A stretch of 39,146 bases of DNA from Actinomycetota bacterium (GTDB lineage Bacteria; Actinomycetota; UBA4738; HRBIN12), in NCBI GenBank assembly GCA_036257875.1, contig DATAEV010000043.1:1-39146 (forward strand). The letters run 5' to 3'. Below are positions 13,184 through 21,786 of the stretch, in pieces (the stretch's first letter is position 1; every line of letters starts with the position of its first letter). The notes under the pieces were generated by a model, which was given only the letters and a program-made list of their open reading frames with translations, was not told the origin of the DNA and did not search any database. A program made the translations under genes and the position numbers.

Positions 13184-14106
13184 AGCCGGTCCCCCGGGGA
13201 GAGCCGACGGTGCGCGTCGCGGGCTCGCTCGGTCGCCGTGGCGGCGGCGTAGCGCTGCAGCATCGTGCGGCTGTTCCACCCGGCGAGCCGCATGAGGTCG
13301 GTCTCTTCGCCGCCCGCCTGGAGCCACGCGCTCGCGAAGGAGTGTCGGAGCCGGTGGGGCGTCACCGCGCCGATGCCGGCCTGGATCCCGCGCCGCTCAA
13401 GCATCTGCCGGATGCCGCTCGTCGTCATAGGCCCGCGTGCTCCGAGCCAGAACTCGGGCCGATCGGCTTCCGGATGCGTTCGCCGCGACCGCAGGTACCG
13501 GCCGAGCGCCTTCGCGGTTTTCGCGCCGAACGGGACCTCGCGGAGCTTCCGGCCCTTGCCGAGGACACGTATGCCACGGCGCTCGGCGATGTCGACGTCG
13601 TCAATCATCAGGCCCGTGCACTCAGCGAGTCGGATCCCGGTGTCGTACAGGAGCGCGACGAGCGCGGCGTCACGCCGGTCCGCGAACGTTCGACCCTCGC
13701 ATGCGCCCAGCAGCGCACGGATGTCTTCGGAACGGAGCACGGGGGGCGGCTGCACGATCACCTTCGGCGGACGGACGTGGCGCATCGGGTTGGAAGCCTC
13801 GGCGACCTCGCCCTCCTCGACGAGCCAGCGGAAGATCTGCTTGATCCCGTCGTAGTACGCCTTCGCCGACGCGGCCGCGTATCCACCCTCCCCGAGCATC
13901 CACGCGAAGAACGCCTCCAGGTGCTCGCGAGCGATCGCATCGGCCGCGGTCGGCATGCCCTGCCGGCGACAGAACGCCTCGAACATCGTCACGCCGCGGA
14001 CGTAAAGCTCCACGGTCCTCGGCGACCGGTTCGTCGCTTCCAGGGAGATCCGCCACTCAGGGAGCAGCTCGACGATGTCGTTCGGTGCCCTGGTCGCCGT
14101 ATCCAT
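13180..14106 (-). CDS. Tyrosine recombinase / phage-type integrase
   Basis: Has an SAM-like N-domain ([19 protein letters not shown]). Catalytic residues are in [12 protein letters not shown] (R), HRLRHSF (HxxR) and [13 protein letters not shown] (Y). I prefer ATG 14106 over the TTG at 14142 used by the track. Confidence 0.9.
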   Translation of the reverse strand: MDTATRAPNDIVELLPEWRISLEATNRSPRTVELYVRGVTMFEAFCRRQGMPTAADAIAREHLEAFFAWMLGEGGYAAASAKAYYDGIKQIFRWLVEEGEVAEASNPMRHVRPPKVIVQPPPVLRSEDIRALLGACEGRTFADRRDAALVALLYDTGIRLAECTGLMIDDVDIAERRGIRVLGKGRKLREVPFGAKTAKALGRYLRSRRTHPEADRPEFWLGARGPMTTSGIRQMLERRGIQAGIGAVTPHRLRHSFASAWLQAGGEETDLMRLAGWNSRTMLQRYAAATATERARDAHRRLSPGDRL

Positions 14107-14170
14107 GACCGGGATGTTATCCGCTGTGCTACCGCTGTGCAACTGCCAGATACGGCGTTTGTCCTGCTAG

Positions 14171-14243
14171 TGGACCCAGGGGGATTCGAACCCCCGACCT
14201 CATGGCTGCCAGCCATGCGCTCTACCAGCTGAGCTATGGGCCC
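14171..14243 (-). tRNA. tRNA-Ala (anticodon GGC)
   Basis: The reverse complement GGGCCCATAGCTCAGCTGGTAGAGCGCATGGCTGGCAGCCATGAGGTCGGGGGTTCGAATCCCCCTGGGTCCA folds as a cloverleaf. It has the G3:U70 alanine identity pair, anticodon loop CTGGCAG and T-loop TTCGAAT. CCA is not encoded. Confidence 0.9.
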
Positions 14244-14256
14244 GAAGCCGGGAAGT

Positions 14257-14661
14257 CTACCCGGCGGACGCGGCCTCGGATCCGTCTTCCCAGCCCACGC
14301 GTGGCGCGTCGCTCCACAGCCGCTCGAGGTCGTAGTACGAGCGTTCCTCCGTTCCGAACACATGAACGACGACGTCGACGTAGTCGAGAAGCCACCACCC
14401 CGCGCCGGCTTCACCTTCCCGTCGGACCGGGCGGACCCCCAGCCGTTCTCGGACCCGATCCTCGATGCTCTCGATCACCGTCTTGACCTGCCGTTGGGTG
14501 CCCGCGGAGCAGATCACGAAGAAGTCGGTGATCACGATGAGCTCGTGGACGTCCAAGATGACGATGTCGTCTGCCTGCTTGTCCGACGACGCTCGGGCTG
14601 CCGCGACGGCGACGTCCCTGCTCGGGGGTAGCACGTCGCTCCCCTGCCCTGCCATCGTCAT
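14257..14661 (-). CDS. rsfS: Ribosome silencing factor RsfS (iojap-like)
   Basis: DIVILDVHELIVITDFFVICSAGTQRQVKTVIESIEDRV...WWLLDYVDVVVHVFGTEERSYYDLERLW is the RsfS pattern. ATGA overlap with the upstream gene. Confidence 0.9.
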   Translation of the reverse strand: MTMAGQGSDVLPPSRDVAVAAARASSDKQADDIVILDVHELIVITDFFVICSAGTQRQVKTVIESIEDRVRERLGVRPVRREGEAGAGWWLLDYVDVVVHVFGTEERSYYDLERLWSDAPRVGWEDGSEAASAG

Positions 14662-15761
14662 CCCTTGAAGTCGCTCCCCACCACGATCGTCACGTCTGCC
14701 AGCCCCGATGGTACCTGGCTCTCCCGAACCACCCCGACCCCCAGCGCATCTTTCGCGCGGTTGGCATCATCGAGATGATCCGCGCCGATCGCCGTGATGA
14801 TGGTCGTGTCGTGGTTGAACGACTCGGCATTCCCGCTCAACACGATCCGGAATCCCTGCGGTAAGAGGTCACGCGCGACCGCCTCGCCGATCCCCGGACT
14901 CCCGTTCCCGTTCTGTACGAAGGCGCGGACCGGAGGCGGTGTTCCGAACAGCCTCCCGACCAAGTCATCGAAGTCCGGCTGCGCCGGGACGATCGCGGTG
15001 GCGCCCACGACCTTCGTGGGCGCCACCTGCACCTCGGCGCCGCTCGCGGCGCCGAGGACGGCTGCGGCGGCGGCCGCATCATCGGTCTCCGTCAGATCGC
15101 TCTGCGGGATGGCCGGCGCCGCCTTCAGGAACGCCTCCAAGACCGAGGACCAGCGGATCGCCGTGTCCTCGGCCTGTTCGTAGAGGAACGTCACGACTTG
15201 GTTGCCCGACATGTGCGTTCGGCCCGGACCGAGGACCGACCCCCCCACGGTGTAGACGTCTGCCAGGTTCACGGTGAGGCCCCCGACCTGGTCGATCGTG
15301 TCGCCGAACCCGTTGAGGTTCATCACCGCGTAATGGGGCGCCCACGCTCCCACCGCGTTCGACACGCTGATCCGCATCGCGTCACCGGGGAGAGCCTGCA
15401 CCTGTTCCGTCGGGGTTTCCCCTTGGCCCGGGACGATCACGGTCATCCCCGGCGGGAGCACGAAACCCGCGGGTGGTTGCCCGCCGCCGGTCCCGACCAC
15501 CGCGAGCAGGGCGCTTGGCGAGCCGGTGACGGAGAAGGCCAACAGCTGCGAGGGGCCCCTGCCTCGCTGACCCGTCGAGTCGGTCCCGGTCGGTGACAAC
15601 CCCGTCGACGTTCCCCCGTCCCCCAGGCGCCACGCGGCCAGCCCGAGCGCAACCAGGACCAGCACGGCCACGACCGCGTAGATCCGGCGACGGCGGAGCA
15701 ACGCGTCGGCTCTCGTGGTGCGCGACGGCCGCACCGGACCGTCGCCGAGCCCCAAGCTCAC
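14658..15761 (-). CDS. LytR/CpsA/Psr-like membrane-anchored protein with a LytR_C domain
   Basis: Track ORF 14658..16001 trimmed to the GTG overlapping the nadD stop (GTGA 15758-15761). It has one TM helix ([18 protein letters not shown]) and a C-terminal [18 protein letters not shown]...TIVVGSDF (LytR_C-like). Confidence 0.7.
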   Translation of the reverse strand: MSLGLGDGPVRPSRTTRADALLRRRRIYAVVAVLVLVALGLAAWRLGDGGTSTGLSPTGTDSTGQRGRGPSQLLAFSVTGSPSALLAVVGTGGGQPPAGFVLPPGMTVIVPGQGETPTEQVQALPGDAMRISVSNAVGAWAPHYAVMNLNGFGDTIDQVGGLTVNLADVYTVGGSVLGPGRTHMSGNQVVTFLYEQAEDTAIRWSSVLEAFLKAAPAIPQSDLTETDDAAAAAAVLGAASGAEVQVAPTKVVGATAIVPAQPDFDDLVGRLFGTPPPVRAFVQNGNGSPGIGEAVARDLLPQGFRIVLSGNAESFNHDTTIITAIGADHLDDANRAKDALGVGVVRESQVPSGLADVTIVVGSDFKG

Positions 15762-16345
15762 CGGTAGAGCCCCGCCTTCCCGACGTAGCTGACGACTCCC
15801 TCGGGCACGAGGTACCGGATCGGCTGTCCACGCGCGACCCGCGCGCGGATGTCGGTGGAGGAGATGGCGAGTGCCGGGATGCTCATGTTGCTGATGCCGT
15901 CGTGTCCGGGCACCTGCTCCTCGAGCGCCGCGATGTCGTATCCGGGTCGGGTCGCAGCGATGAAATGCGCCATCGCGAACAGCTCCGACGGATCTTTCCA
16001 TTGGAAGATCTCGAGGACCGCGTCGGCGCCCGTGATGAAGTAGAGGTCGGCGCCGGAGATCTCCTTCATCGCCCGCAAGGTGTCGATCGTGTACGTCGGT
16101 CCTTCGCGATCAACCTCCACGCGTGACACCGAGAAGCGGGGGTTCGACGCCGTGGCGATCACCGTCATCAGATAGCGGTCCTCGGGTGCCGAGACGACCT
16201 CGTGCTCCTTCATCCAGGGTTGACCGGTCGGCACGAAGACGACCTCATCCAGCTCGAACTGGTGCAGCGCTTCCTCGGCCGTCACGAGGTGGCCGTAATG
16301 GATGGGGTCGAACGTGCCGCCCATGACGCCCAGACGTCTCCCCAT
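15758..16345 (-). CDS. nadD: Nicotinate-nucleotide adenylyltransferase
   Basis: [15 protein letters not shown] (HxGH motif), with ISSTDIR near the C-terminus. Confidence 0.9.
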   Translation of the reverse strand: MGRRLGVMGGTFDPIHYGHLVTAEEALHQFELDEVVFVPTGQPWMKEHEVVSAPEDRYLMTVIATASNPRFSVSRVEVDREGPTYTIDTLRAMKEISGADLYFITGADAVLEIFQWKDPSELFAMAHFIAATRPGYDIAALEEQVPGHDGISNMSIPALAISSTDIRARVARGQPIRYLVPEGVVSYVGKAGLYR

Positions 16346-16382
16346 CGAGCGGCATCCTACCGCCGGCCCCGCGGCCGACCGA

Positions 16383-16823
16383 TCAGGCGCTGAGCCATCG
16401 TTCGAGGTCGACGACGTGTTCGTCGTAGTGGAGCCACGCCGATTCCTCGAACCATCCGCGGGCGTCGGTCGTCAGCGTCGGGAGCGCACCCAGCGCATCG
16501 CGAGCGATCACGCGCGCGGACTCGAGCTCGGCGCGCGCGGTCGGGACATCGAGCGTCCGCGACAACGCGAACCACGCGCGGTTCAGCTCCTCGACGGTGT
16601 CTTCCTGCTGCCGATACGTACCTTCGCGCATGCGGTCGAGCTGCCGCGCCGCTTCGGCCAACCACGCGCCGATGTGGAACATCACGTCCTTCGGCGACCA
16701 TCCCTCCGGGGTCACCGTCGGCTCGTCCAGCCGATGCGTCGGGATGCTCCGCAGCAACAGATGGAGCCGGCGCCATCCCCGGTCCTCTTCCAGGAGCATC
16801 GACTCGAGCTGGGGATCGTTCAT
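16383..16823 (-). CDS. DinB-like / mycothiol maleylpyruvate isomerase N-terminal domain family protein
   Basis: [21 protein letters not shown] and a helical-bundle-like composition. ATGA overlap with the obg stop. Confidence 0.55.
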   Translation of the reverse strand: MNDPQLESMLLEEDRGWRRLHLLLRSIPTHRLDEPTVTPEGWSPKDVMFHIGAWLAEAARQLDRMREGTYRQQEDTVEELNRAWFALSRTLDVPTARAELESARVIARDALGALPTLTTDARGWFEESAWLHYDEHVVDLERWLSA

Positions 16824-18073
16824 CGGGGCCCGTCCTCGGTGTCGGGAACGAACGCGAAGACGAGGCCCCGGATCTCCACATCGTCGCCCTCGGCGACCCC
16901 GGATGCCTCGAGCACCCGGAAGACACCTTCGCGGCGAAGGTTGCGCTGCAGCTTCGCGAGTTCGTCCGCGTCGTCGAGGTCGGTCTCGAGGACCCAGCGC
17001 TCGACGCTTCGACCCTCCACGTGCCAGGTGCCGCGCTCATCGCGCTTGACCGCGAACCGCGGCCGGCCGGGACGGAGCACGACATGTGTGCTCCGCTCGG
17101 GCTCGGAGGCGGCGGCCTCGCTCGCGAGGGCGTTCACGCGCTCGCGGAGCTCCTCGAGCCCTGTCCCGGTGATCGCCGAGACCGCGAGCGCGTCAGGCTG
17201 CAGCGTCGCCGAGGCCGCCGCCGGATCGTCGACCAGGTCCGCCTTCGTGCCCACGACGATCGACGGCCGGGTGACGAGCGTCTCGTCGTAGCTCCCGAGC
17301 TCCGTGCGAAGGACGGCGAGGTCGGCGGGCGGGTCGGCGCTCGAGAGGTCCACGACGAGCACCAACGCGCGACACCGGACGATGTGTTTGAGGAATCGAT
17401 GTCCGAGGCCTCTCCCTTGGTGCGCGCCCTCGATCAACCCAGGGACGTCGGCGACCACCGCCCGCCCCTCCCCGGTCTCGGCGACGCCGAGGTTCGGCGT
17501 GAGCGTCGTGAAGGGATAGTCGGCGATCTTCGGCGTGGCGGCCGTGAGGCGGGAGAGCAGCGTCGACTTGCCGGCGTTCGGGAGCCCCACGAGCCCGATA
17601 TCGGCCACGGTCCGCAGCTCGACCTGAAGGCGCTTGGTCTCCCCCGCCTCACCGGACTCGGCGACCCGAGGCACACGGTTCCGCGCGGTGGCGAGCTGGG
17701 CGTTCCCACGCCCCCCTCTGCCCCCGCGCGCAACGACGACCCGGGCTCCTTCTCCCACGAGATCGGCAAGTGGTCCGTCCTCGTCGAACACCATGGTGCC
17801 GTCGGGAACCTGGATCACCAGATCCTTGGCGGAGGCTCCATCGCGCCGGGCGGATCGGCCCGATCCGCCCGGCCGCGCCCGCTGATGCGGATGATCCGCC
17901 AACCAGGAAAGGTCGTGGATCCCCCGGGCCACCTCGAAGACGATCGATCCTCCGCGGCCGCCGTTCCCCCCGTCGGGGCCACCACGCGGCTTGTAGGGCT
18001 CGGAATGCAGCGAAGCGGACCCGCCCCCACCCCGCCCCGCCTCCACGAAGACCGTGCATTCGTCGATGAACAT
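16820..18073 (-). CDS. obg: GTPase Obg/CgtA
   Basis: MFIDECTVFVEAGRGGGGSASLHSEPYKPRGGPDGGNGGRGGSIVF (Obg fold), GLVGLPNAGKSTLL (G1), DVPGLIEGA (G3), and a C-terminal OCT-like domain. Track ORF trimmed to ATG 18073. Confidence 0.92.
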   Translation of the reverse strand: MFIDECTVFVEAGRGGGGSASLHSEPYKPRGGPDGGNGGRGGSIVFEVARGIHDLSWLADHPHQRARPGGSGRSARRDGASAKDLVIQVPDGTMVFDEDGPLADLVGEGARVVVARGGRGGRGNAQLATARNRVPRVAESGEAGETKRLQVELRTVADIGLVGLPNAGKSTLLSRLTAATPKIADYPFTTLTPNLGVAETGEGRAVVADVPGLIEGAHQGRGLGHRFLKHIVRCRALVLVVDLSSADPPADLAVLRTELGSYDETLVTRPSIVVGTKADLVDDPAAASATLQPDALAVSAITGTGLEELRERVNALASEAAASEPERSTHVVLRPGRPRFAVKRDERGTWHVEGRSVERWVLETDLDDADELAKLQRNLRREGVFRVLEASGVAEGDDVEIRGLVFAFVPDTEDGPR

Positions 18074-18115
18074 CCGAGATAGCGTAGGTGGTCGCGAGAC
18101 GGCGTCGCCGAGAAG

Positions 18116-18580
18116 ATGGACCCCGTGATCGAACCGACGACCGTGTGGATGGTGCACCTCGACCGCACGCCTACCGACGAGACCGAGGGGATCCTGTCCG
18201 CCGACGAGTGGGAGCTCGTCTTCGTGGATGCCGGCTCACCGGAGACGACGCGCTTCCCGTTCGTCGACATCGTGAACGTCAAGCGCGTGCTCGGCTCCCC
18301 GGTCTTCACGCTCGGATGGCGCTTCCACGACGAACGGCGTCAGACCGCGTTCTATCTGACGCGCCCGCCCCCGCTCGGCACCCTCCCTCCGGGGGGCGGG
18401 CCGCCGGACATCCCCGACCTCAGGGCCGCCACGACGTTGCGCAGGAGTGGGCGGTGGCGTCAGCGCCGGGACAACACGCGGTACCTCGTCGCGACGTCGA
18501 CCTCGTTGAAGGAACAACGTGACGCGTTGGTGTCACAGATCAAGGCGGCGATGAAGCAGGCAGGGGGCGAGCCGTCTTAG
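18116..18580 (+). CDS. Hypothetical protein (154 aa) encoded antisense between obg and rpmA
   Basis: Track ORF with strongly GC3-biased codons and a non-repetitive N-terminal 90 aa ([39 protein letters not shown]). I recognise no family. Confidence 0.5.
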   Translation: MDPVIEPTTVWMVHLDRTPTDETEGILSADEWELVFVDAGSPETTRFPFVDIVNVKRVLGSPVFTLGWRFHDERRQTAFYLTRPPPLGTLPPGGGPPDIPDLRAATTLRRSGRWRQRRDNTRYLVATSTSLKEQRDALVSQIKAAMKQAGGEPS

Positions 18581-18834
18581 GCCGGTGCGGCCGTCACGGT
18601 CGCGTATCTTCGACCGCGAGACTGTCGGTAGTCGACGACGCCCTCGCGCGTGGCGAACAACGTATCGTCGCCGCCCTTGCCGACGCCGTCGCCGGGATGG
18701 ATCTTCGTCCCCCGCTGGCGCACGATGATCGAGCCCGCGGTGACCGTCTGGCCGCCGTAGGCCTTCACGCCGAGGCGTTTCGACGTGGAGTCCCGGCCGT
18801 TCCGGGACGAGCCGCCGCCCTTCTTGTGCGCCAT
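18577..18834 (-). CDS. rpmA: 50S ribosomal protein L27
   Basis: [29 protein letters not shown]... Confidence 0.97.
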   Translation of the reverse strand: MAHKKGGGSSRNGRDSTSKRLGVKAYGGQTVTAGSIIVRQRGTKIHPGDGVGKGGDDTLFATREGVVDYRQSRGRRYATVTAAPA

Positions 18835-18874
18835 AAGGTCTCCAGGCTACCAGCCGTCTCCGCCGCGCCGCGCC

Positions 18875-19183
18875 TTAGCCGAGCTCGACGGTCTCGATCT
18901 GCAGCAGCGTGAGCTGCTGACGGTGTCCGGTCTTCTTCGCGTAGCCACTCTTCGGCCGGTACTTGAAAACCTTGACCTTGTCGCCCTTCTTGTCGCCCAG
19001 GGGCTTCGCGGTGACGGTCGCCTTCGACGCGGCGGGGCCGGCGTGGGTCTTTCCGTCGTCATCCACGACGAGCAGCGGCGTGAACGTGACCGTCTCGTCC
19101 GCGCCGACCAGCTTCTCGACCTCGATCACGTCCCCGGCTTGGACCTTGTGCTGTTTGCCGCCGGTCTTGATCACCGCATACAT
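18875..19183 (-). CDS. rplU: 50S ribosomal protein L21
   Basis: MYAVIKTGGKQHKVQAGDVIEVEKL... Confidence 0.97.
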   Translation of the reverse strand: MYAVIKTGGKQHKVQAGDVIEVEKLVGADETVTFTPLLVVDDDGKTHAGPAASKATVTAKPLGDKKGDKVKVFKYRPKSGYAKKTGHRQQLTLLQIETVELG

Positions 19184-19198
19184 CGTCAGACGATCCTC

Positions 19199-21340
19199 TC
19201 AGTCAACGTCGTAGGTGAGGATGATGCCCCGGCCTTCGCACGTGGGGCAGATCTGGGAGAACGATTCGACCAGGCCCGAGGATACCCGCTTGCGTGTCAC
19301 CTGCATCAAGCCGAGTGGGCCGATCTCGAACACCTGCGATCGTGTCTTGTCGATCGCCAGCGCATCCCGCATCGTGTCCTCGACCTGCTTCTTGTTCTTC
19401 TCGAGGAGCATGTCGATGAAGTCGATCACGATGATGCCGCCGATGTCGCGGAGCCGGAGCTGACGAGCGACCTCCCGAGCCGCTTCCAGGTTCGTGTTGA
19501 CGACCGTCGCCTCGAGGTTCGTCTTCCCGACGCTCTTGCCGGTGTTGACGTCGACGATCGTCATCGCCTCCGTGCGCTCGATGATGAGGTAGCCGCCCGA
19601 GGGCAGCCACACCTTGCGATCGAGCGCCTTGTGGATCTGCTCGACGATCCGGTAGGCCTCGAACGCCGGGAGTGGGCCCGTGTGCAGGGTGACCTTCTCG
19701 GCCAGATCGGGCGCCACCTCGCGGACGTAGTCCACCACCAGCCCGTACACGCGCTGTGAATCGGTCACGAGCCCCCGGTACTCCTCGTCGGTGAAGAGGT
19801 CCCGGACGACCCGAACCGTCAGTTCCGGCTCCTCGTAGAGCACCGTGGGCGCCTTGCCCCTCGTCGCCTTCGACCGGATCTGATCCCAGATCGCCAGCAG
19901 CCGCCGGAGATCTGCCTCGAGTGCCTCCTCGGTTGCGGACTCGGCCGCGGTCCGGACGATCACGCCGTGCTCCGGCGGCTTCACCCGCTTGAGGAGGGTC
20001 TTGAGTCGTTTGCGAGCTTCATCCGGGAGCCGCCGGCTGATGCCCTGGAGATCCTGGTTCGGCGCGAGCACGAGGTAGCGTCCCGCGAGGCTCAGGTTGG
20101 CGGTGAGCCGAGCGCCCTTGCCGCCCATCGGGTCCTTCGTCACCTGGACCATGACCGCCTGTCCCGGCTTCAGGAGTTGCTCGATGCGCGGTGCGGCTCC
20201 CTCGATGTCTTCCGGCGAGTAGTTGACCTCGCCCGCGTACAGGACGCCGTTGCGACCGCGACCCACGTCGACGAACGCCGCCTCCATGCCGGGAAGGACG
20301 TTCTGCACGCGACCCAGGTAGATGTTGCCCACCATCGAGGTCGCCCCGGCCCGTGTCACGTAGTGCTGGACCAAGACATCTTCCTCGAGCACTGCGATCT
20401 GGTCGCGGTCGCCGCGCTCGGTGATCACCATGAGTTTGTCGGTCACACGCGGAGGCGTCGGCTGTGGCTGGCGACGCCGGCCCTCGCGTCCCGTGCGGCT
20501 CCGCGTGGTGCGGATCCCGCGGGTCGGGCCGCCGGCGGCCACCTGCTCCTCGATCGTCTTCGCCTTCGCGGGTCGCGAGCGGGCCGGCTGCGGCGCGGCC
20601 GGCTCGGTCGCGGCCGTCAGACCGGTCGGGGCTTTCGTGGTGCGCTGAGGGTCGTCGGCGCGGCTCGCAGAGGAGCGCCGGCGACGTCGCGCGGGAGGCT
20701 TCGCGGCCGCGTCGGCGTCCGGTTCGGCCTCGTCCCGCTGGGCGTCGACCGGATCGATCACCGGCGCGTCGTCGGCGTCGGCGTCGGCCGGAGCGGCCCC
20801 GGCCGGCTTCCTGCTTCGGCCCCGGCCGCCACGACGCCGCCTGCGCTTCTTGACCGCGGTGGTGGCGCCATCAGCCTGGGCCTCCGTCTGCGCCGGCTCC
20901 GCGCCGTCGTCGGAGACGGGGGGCTGGGGAGAGCCCGTCGTCTCCGACGGATCCCCGGTCGTCGGCGTGGTCGCCGTGGATCCGGCGGGCTTCCGTCTCC
21001 GAGGCTGCCCGGACCGCTGCGGTGACTTCGGCTTCGAGGTTCCGCCCGTCTCAGCCGGCCGATCGGGCTCGGATGACGCGTCGGCCTCAGCCCGGACGCT
21101 GGCCGATCCCTCGGACGGCTCGGCCGGCGTTGTCGCGACGTCGCCGGATCCATCGCTCGTGCCGGATGCGGCCGCGGCCCCCGACCGGCCTCGGCCCCGC
21201 CCGCGGCCACCTCGACGGCGGCGGCGGGACGCGGAGGTTCGGGTCGGTGCCCGCTCGGCAGGCGATGTGGTGCTGGTCCCCTCCTCGGGGGTCGGCGTCA
21301 CGGACGCCGCTCGGCCCTCGACATCGATGTCGTGGTCCAT
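19199..21340 (-). CDS. rne: Ribonuclease E/G family endoribonuclease with a long Arg/Pro/Ala-rich N-terminal extension
   Basis: S1 domain GNIYLGRVQNVLPGMEAAFVDVG; catalytic region DVNTGKSVG...GGIIVIDFIDM; Zn-link CPTCEGRG. Track ORF trimmed to ATG 21340, which has a GAAGGGAG SD. Confidence 0.9.
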   Translation of the reverse strand: MDHDIDVEGRAASVTPTPEEGTSTTSPAERAPTRTSASRRRRRGGRGRGRGRSGAAAASGTSDGSGDVATTPAEPSEGSASVRAEADASSEPDRPAETGGTSKPKSPQRSGQPRRRKPAGSTATTPTTGDPSETTGSPQPPVSDDGAEPAQTEAQADGATTAVKKRRRRRGGRGRSRKPAGAAPADADADDAPVIDPVDAQRDEAEPDADAAAKPPARRRRRSSASRADDPQRTTKAPTGLTAATEPAAPQPARSRPAKAKTIEEQVAAGGPTRGIRTTRSRTGREGRRRQPQPTPPRVTDKLMVITERGDRDQIAVLEEDVLVQHYVTRAGATSMVGNIYLGRVQNVLPGMEAAFVDVGRGRNGVLYAGEVNYSPEDIEGAAPRIEQLLKPGQAVMVQVTKDPMGGKGARLTANLSLAGRYLVLAPNQDLQGISRRLPDEARKRLKTLLKRVKPPEHGVIVRTAAESATEEALEADLRRLLAIWDQIRSKATRGKAPTVLYEEPELTVRVVRDLFTDEEYRGLVTDSQRVYGLVVDYVREVAPDLAEKVTLHTGPLPAFEAYRIVEQIHKALDRKVWLPSGGYLIIERTEAMTIVDVNTGKSVGKTNLEATVVNTNLEAAREVARQLRLRDIGGIIVIDFIDMLLEKNKKQVEDTMRDALAIDKTRSQVFEIGPLGLMQVTRKRVSSGLVESFSQICPTCEGRGIILTYDVD

Positions 21341-21786
21341 GTGGTGCTCCCTTCGCTCGATGCGAGGGGGCGTGCGCCGGAAAGGGCGATATCGGAGCAC
21401 AGCCAACTGACTGCGCCGCAAGACGTTGCTGTGGGTCCGCTCACACTGCATCTGTTGCGCGTGCTGCGAATGACGTCGTGCACCCGGTACGTACCTTCTC
21501 CCGGCGCTGCGGCCCTACGCGGCGGCCTCGTCTGGGCCGCTCGGGCGCGGTCGCGCGCCTCCTCGACTTCCTTGGATCCCGCCGCTCCCGGTTGGATCCG
21601 GTCGCGGGCGGGGACGTCTGCACTCAGGATAGCAGCGGGTTCGGCGCCGTCGCTCCAAGCCGGTGGGCTATCTCCGGTGGCCCGTCGGGACGAGGGCCTG
21701 GGCCATCCGGCCCACACGCGTGTCCCTCGAAGGAACCCTACGACGGTCGGATACCGGGAGGCCTTGGCGGGGCGCACCCTCTGCAC

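Larger units (their letters stand above)
9299..14170 (-). mobile_element. Putative compact integrative element adjacent to the 3' end of tRNA-Ala (integrase + replication module + SWIM/DUF/HNH module); left boundary unresolved (9.3-9.65 kb)
   Basis: The integrase starts 64 nt from the tRNA 3' end. All ORFs are co-oriented, with five 4-nt start/stop overlaps. Core genes lie on both sides (rsfS operon, sthA). Codon GC3 is visibly lower in some ORFs. No att duplication was found by eye. Confidence 0.6.

Noticed and set aside
18411-18425. 13 of 15 nt match (TCCCCGACCTCAGGG) to the tRNA-Ala T-arm/anticodon-stem region
   Set aside because: It lies on the wrong side of the tRNA relative to the integrase and inside a coding frame. 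It is probably chance.
21022-21786. N-terminal 255-aa extension of the histidine-kinase ORF. Similar 5' extensions affect 14658..16001, 22977..24689, 16820..18157, 35085..36452, 28598..29665 and 30537..31763.
   Set aside because: The extensions overlap neighbouring real genes or leaders and are compositionally junk. Internal starts with an SD or with stop/start overlap give proteins of canonical length.
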